Positions 58,987-64,000 of a stretch of DNA of 64,000 nucleotides are shown piece by piece. Location: the NCBI GenBank assembly GCA_965649765.1, contig OZ287755.1, forward strand, positions 48,670,001 to 48,734,000, given 5' to 3'. The stretch's first letter is position 1. Each line of letters starts with the position of its first letter. The notes beneath the pieces were generated by a model. It did not search any database, had not been told where the DNA came from, and was given only the letters and a program-made list of their open reading frames with translations. The DNA is from Bispira polyomma (taxonomy: Eukaryota). A program made the position numbers and the translations under genes.

Positions 58987-60836
58987 TGTTATCTGTATAT
59001 GACTCTGTGACACTAGACAAAAACATCTATCAACTATAAGTTGGCAACTTGTACCATTATTTTACACCTTAGGTGAAACCAGTCACTATACTATCTACAT
59101 ACAACTTCTATAAATGTTTGTATGGACTTCAGCCAGCATATAGTATTACACTGGTTCCATCACTGTAGATGTGTTTGATGAGTTATTAATGTGTATAATT
59201 CTAGAGTGGCCAGAACTGGTACCTGGTAATAATAGGTAACAAGGTAGTGAAGGTTCTCTCCTTTTTTATCAGGCACAGCCTGCTATTGTTTTCACTTTAT
59301 TGCTATTAGGGATTTTTAAAAGGCAACTCTTGTTTTCCATTGTGAACACTTTTTGAAACAGAACCTAGTAAAGTTTACATTTAAACACGCTAAAAATGTA
59401 TTATACATGTATCCAATTTTTTGCGCATCTATCTACCGTTATCTGGTATTTATAACACCAATTAAACCTTTTCTCCACTGCCAACAGTCAACTAACATCA
59501 GTTCACTTAGCATTCCCCTAACTTAGATTTTAAGTATTTTCTTGTTTTTTTTTAATAACTTCGATCCAAGTGGTATTCACTAAAGAAAACGTACTTACTT
59601 TGAAGAAAAAAATCTTACTTAGAATTCGGGTGAATGGATGAGGACATTTCTTTCCTGACTTAGATTCTTAGTAAAACGTAAGTAACTATATAGAGTTTGT
59701 CACGTGTGAGTAATATATATCTTATTTGGGAGTACCAGGTGTTTTGTAACTTTTGACCCCAATATAAAACTATCACTTAAGGAAATTTTTCCGGTAATAA
59801 GTTACAGATAGCTGGAGTTACTAAAACACACATCACAGATTACTTCCAGCATTCAACAAAGGCCTCACGTATAATCTTTTAAATAGGAAAATCTACGAAA
59901 CTGAGAATTAGTTATTGCGAGAATCTGAAGGAAAATAAAATAATATTTTGCAGTGTGTCGACCGCATGCCGAGAGAGATAGGTTCTGGGTCTAACAAATG
60001 CCATTGACTGTTTGCCAACAACGCAGGTGTTGAAAGGGTTAAAAGTATGTGTATGTGTTGAATTTTACAAGTGTGTGTATTTTGTCTTGGGTGCATCTTC
60101 ATAGAAATCAATATATCTACCAGACAATGGACTTGGTACATTGCTATTTACATATAGCAAAAAATGTATATATGTATCAATAACATTACAAGTACATGCA
60201 AATCCATGTAAATAAAGTACTTTATATGTATGTAATTCTTTGTTTGCAATGCAGAATAAGGAGAGATCTGAGGGCTTTATAGACCTCGTACTACACTACA
60301 GGGACGACACAACAGTAAGATACACACAAAACACACTACGCATAACCCATATAAAATGTAACAATTTTTTATCTTTTTGTTTTATTATTTTGCTACACAT
60401 AACATATGGGGTATTGACATTACGATACAACGTTAAAATGAAACTACAGGAGAGTATAGGTTGGCAAAAGTGGAAATGTGTTCAATAATTGAATATTTGT
60501 AAACTGGAAATTTGGATAATAGAGGTTCTAGTGTATATTCAAGAGATAGAAAATATTTATTTTTAATCAGGCTCAGTGTGATAATGTTTTTATTCTGAAA
60601 AGGGGCGCTGCATGTTAGAAATAATCTGTAAGGTTTACAATGGTTGGAAGCAATCGACCCGTGTAAACTGGGGGGTGTGAGATTAATATTTGTTTAGGTG
60701 CCAAGTGAGCCTGAGTATTTCGTGGTCGTATCAATTTTGGTGTATTTCACACTGTGTGCCTATGTTGTTTTAAAAAGTCTGCTCTTGTTTTTTTGTAGAT
60801 AAAAAGCTTGAACTGACTAGAAATCCATCTTGTAAA

Positions 60837-60929
60837 ATGGCCAAACCGCCAGGCATTCAATGTGTGTACATAATGGCAACCTGTGTTGTCATGGCAACTC
60901 TTCTACTACAACAGGTGTCATGTGATTCG
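60837..60929 (+). CDS. First coding exon of a His/Met-rich protein, signal peptide MAKPPGIQCVYIMATCVVMATLLLQQVSCDS
   Basis: Acceptor ttttgtag at 60798, AAAATGG start context, hydrophobic core with VSC-D cleavage-like site, TCG|GTAAGT donor (phase 0). Confidence 0.75.
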
Positions 60930-61079
60930 GTAAGTCTCAGAGAGACGTTGTGGTGTTCCTAGGTGATTGAGAAGATGTTTATTTGATAAACTTGGTTAAA
61001 TGATAATCAGAAGCCAAAAAAAGTCCTAATTTTTTATAAATGAAACCGGGGAAAAAAGACAACATCAAAAGATAAACCA

Positions 61080-61270
61080 GAAAGTGTTTCCAGTGATTTT
61101 AGCTCAACTGGAAGACCATTCCATAACCTCAAGAGGCAGCAAATGTGGCAAAATTGGCAATGGGGTTGCTGAAGTGCAGTTTGAATTTTTTGATCACTGA
61201 AGCCCCCCTGTGTACTTATTAAGGGCAGCAAATATCACTCCCAAAGCTTGCATGTCATTCACCACCTCGT
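61080..61270 (-). mobile_element. Degenerate L2 3' fragment in intron
   Basis: RLWNGLPVELKS remnant. Confidence 0.55.
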
Positions 61271-61485
61271 TCGGTCTTTCGCACATTGCAGATATTCTTT
61301 TAAACCTTTTTATATATTGTAGATTGTGTTTGTATCATATTTTACCAATTAGTTTAAATTTTAGGTGCACTGAAAGGTAAGGATTTGAGAACAAAATATC
61401 AATATGGATTGATGTTTCCTTTAAAATCTTAAAATAATATATCGATATTTATAAGCAATATTCGATTTCTACACACTATTTTTAG

Positions 61486-61696
61486 ACGACCAAAATGATG
61501 GATCATATGAATGGTACAGATGACATGGATCACACCGACCATTCGGACCACGACACGGCAACGATGCATTATGGACCATGGGGATAATGGTCATATGCAT
61601 GGTCACATGGACTCCACAACGAAACCCCATGACCACAACATGAATCACAATGAAATGAATCACGATGACACAAGTCACCTCTCAAGCCCACATGGG
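61486..61696 (+). CDS. His/Met/Asp-rich exon, probable CTR1/SLC31-type copper transporter (or other metal-binding protein) N-terminus; +1 frameshift at ~61570
   Basis: tttttag acceptor and GGG|GTAAGT donor. TTKMMDHMNGTDDMDHTDHSDHDTATMH is read in one frame, then MDHGDNGHMHGHMDSTTKPHDHNMNHNEMNHDDTSHLSSPHG after one extra T. Confidence 0.65.
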
Positions 61697-64000
61697 GTAA
61701 GTTGACAACAATTCCATTTTTACAACCTTTTATTATTATTGATGTGAATACCGAATAGTCTGTTAACTTTTAGTGGACCACGCACTGTAGCTGGACTGCA
61801 GAATGATGTAGTCTTAAAAATATTACAAGTCCAAAGTGAGGTTAGATGGTCTGACAACCTGGTCCATCGACCAGCAGCCGACGGCCGTTTCTATTCACCA
61901 GTGCCATGTCTGTCGGCCAGCAGTTGTCCGTATATAATATTATTGCATAGCTCCCTTTAGCACACAGAAATATAATATATGTGGTACAATGAAATAATAT
62001 ATATGTTTCGATTTGTTAGGTAATAAGTATTAGCAACAAAAGTCATCTGTGGTGTCATGGAAATGTGTCAAAGTTTTCTCCCTCGATATAGTAGAATTAC
62101 TATCCATGGGTGGCAAATTCGGGTTAAATCTTGAACACAAAAACAGAGTGTCAGTAATTAATGAAGCGTGTTGACCCCCAAGCAAAAATTATTGCCGGGA
62201 ACTGAAGGAAATGTTTTCTGTTAATATGTTTAGAGATAGCTGGAGTCACTAAAACACACACATCACAGAACACTTCCGGCATTCAAATATCGACCTCATG
62301 TTTAATTTTAATATGTTGAATTCTGCTGTACTAACTGATTTCTATTGCGAGGAGCTGAAGATAAAAATATAGAATTATGGGGTGTTGGCTGCTGGTCAAA
62401 AGAGTTAAAAATAATAAGAAATATGCCCAAAATACATTGAAACTTGTATATAAAGACCACCTAAGGGAACCCTCAAAAGTGGTCTTTATTGACAGGTGAT
62501 CTTTATATGGAGTTTAAATATTGTTGAAGATTAGTCTTGGAAAGTGAATAGGGGGAACGTGTAATAAGGTGTACTCAGGATGGATACCAGTGTTCATAAA
62601 TTTGAATAATTGGATAACAGAAGTTTAGATAATAGAGGTATTAGATGTCTTGTGATTTGTTTCTAGAGTCATTTTAGACTGAAACAAGTCAAAACTGTGT
62701 ATTTTTTAACATGTCATAGATTTTGAACAAGCCTTAAGTAATAGATGTCAGGCATCTTCTGAAGCAACAACATCAGAATCTTAAAACCCATTAATCATGG
62801 TCCTGTTACCGAATTTCATGTTATTCAGTTCCAAAGTTTTTTTGTGTCGTATATATCCTAGTGATAAAACCAACCAGGTAGGGATGGAATGGAATATGTA
62901 TAGTGTCTTTATCTTAAACAAGAGTTTTCTGTTTAAAAAAATGACACAGGCACACAGTGTGAAATACTCATGTGGCCACTATATATACTCAATTTGGATG
63001 GGTCACTTGCTTCAAACCAATCCATGAAGGCCTTACATACTATTTCTAAGATGGCAGCACCATTTTCAAACATGGCAGCACCCTTTTTCAAAATGAAAAC
63101 AATTTGAGGCTGTGCCTAATAAAAAAAGAAGTTAAATTGTTACTTTTTTGTAGAACAAGATATATGTTGTGTGTTAGTTTCAAAGATTCTAAAATTTTCT
63201 TCTAGTCACTATATATATTGGCTCTATCCCAAAAGAACCAAATGTTGCCATGAATCACTGATTTCTTTGCCCGCTGGGGCCAAGTGTTTTTTCATTGTAT
63301 TGTAATTTACACACTTAAGTCATTAAAGGTGACACCTGATAGTATGTACTATGGTCTGGCTATATATGTGACAAATGTGTTCTAGGTGTTTGAAGTCTTA
63401 GACTTTAACTCCTTGAATAAAGAATTAAAATATGAAGTCATATTTTCACAAATGAAAAGTGTATGACTGTAAAACATATACATCAAGCTAAAATTTGTTA
63501 ATACTGAATATCATGCATTATTTTTTAATAAACATTCTTTAGTTGTCAATTTGATGTGATATATTAAAGCAAAAGCTGCCATTGTGTCAAGGTGTTTTTT
63601 TGCCTTTCTACTGCTGTAAATGTTCTCTATGATGTATGGTGTATAGAGTAGTAAGAATCTAATACTCGCCATTGTATTTATTATTTGCCATGCTCCCCCC
63701 CCCCCCCCCCCCCCCCCCCCCCAGATAAATTTAAGGCAAAATTTATTAAAACTTGTAGAAAAATAACTAGAATTTAAGTAAGTACAAGACAAAATTCTCA
63801 CAACAAACATCTCAATTTCAGCAAATATCACCCTCATTGATTGTCTCAACAAAAAACGCAACATTATCTGGGTGGCGAATTTTAGATACAGCAGTAAATT
63901 TTGGATTTCCTACTGTGTTTGTATTAAGACTGAATGGTATGTGACAGTGTATGTCCCTGTGTGTCTGTGTTGGTATGTCACATTCCCTTTGACCTTAATT

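Noticed and set aside
61511-61705. Rescue of the frameshift by an in-frame acceptor at 61519 (ggtacag)
   Set aside because: It has no polypyrimidine tract and would discard the His/Met-rich first half in favour of an uncharacteristic peptide (MTWITPTIRTTTRQRC).

Overview
Eukaryotic, AT-rich, repeat-dense invertebrate genomic DNA (the SINE, MITE and Helentron families look mollusc/lophotrochozoan-like; this is inference). Three + strand genes are present. (1) The terminal coding exon of an unidentified gene at 326-603. (2) A complete synergin gamma (SYNRG/AP1GBP1) gene: 20 coding exons reconstructed by hand, 18850-39869, all GT-AG with consistent phases, 4272 nt = 1423 aa plus stop. It has a Q/M/P/G-repeat N-terminus, a coiled coil, an EH domain, DFxDF/FGxF gamma-ear motifs and the conserved C-terminal CGVCLL...YGGRQYHAPCANFWVNCV...PDLL end. 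(3) The 5' part of a gene for a signal-peptide-bearing His/Met/Asp-rich protein (CTR1/SLC31-like metal-binding N-terminus) at 60837-61696, whose second coding exon carries a +1 frameshift. The rest is decayed L2/CR1 LINEs, tRNA-derived SINEs, pogo/Tc1, Harbinger and piggyBac MITEs, Helentron-type elements, a solo LTR just upstream of SYNRG, and minisatellites. The most unusual signal is that at least 7 SYNRG exon-intron junctions have been locally copied into the flanking intron ('splice-site echoes'). Acceptor copies lie upstream and are mostly spaced in multiples of 3. Donor copies lie downstream, and the largest donor array has branch-point/AG|GT recursive-splice-like architecture.
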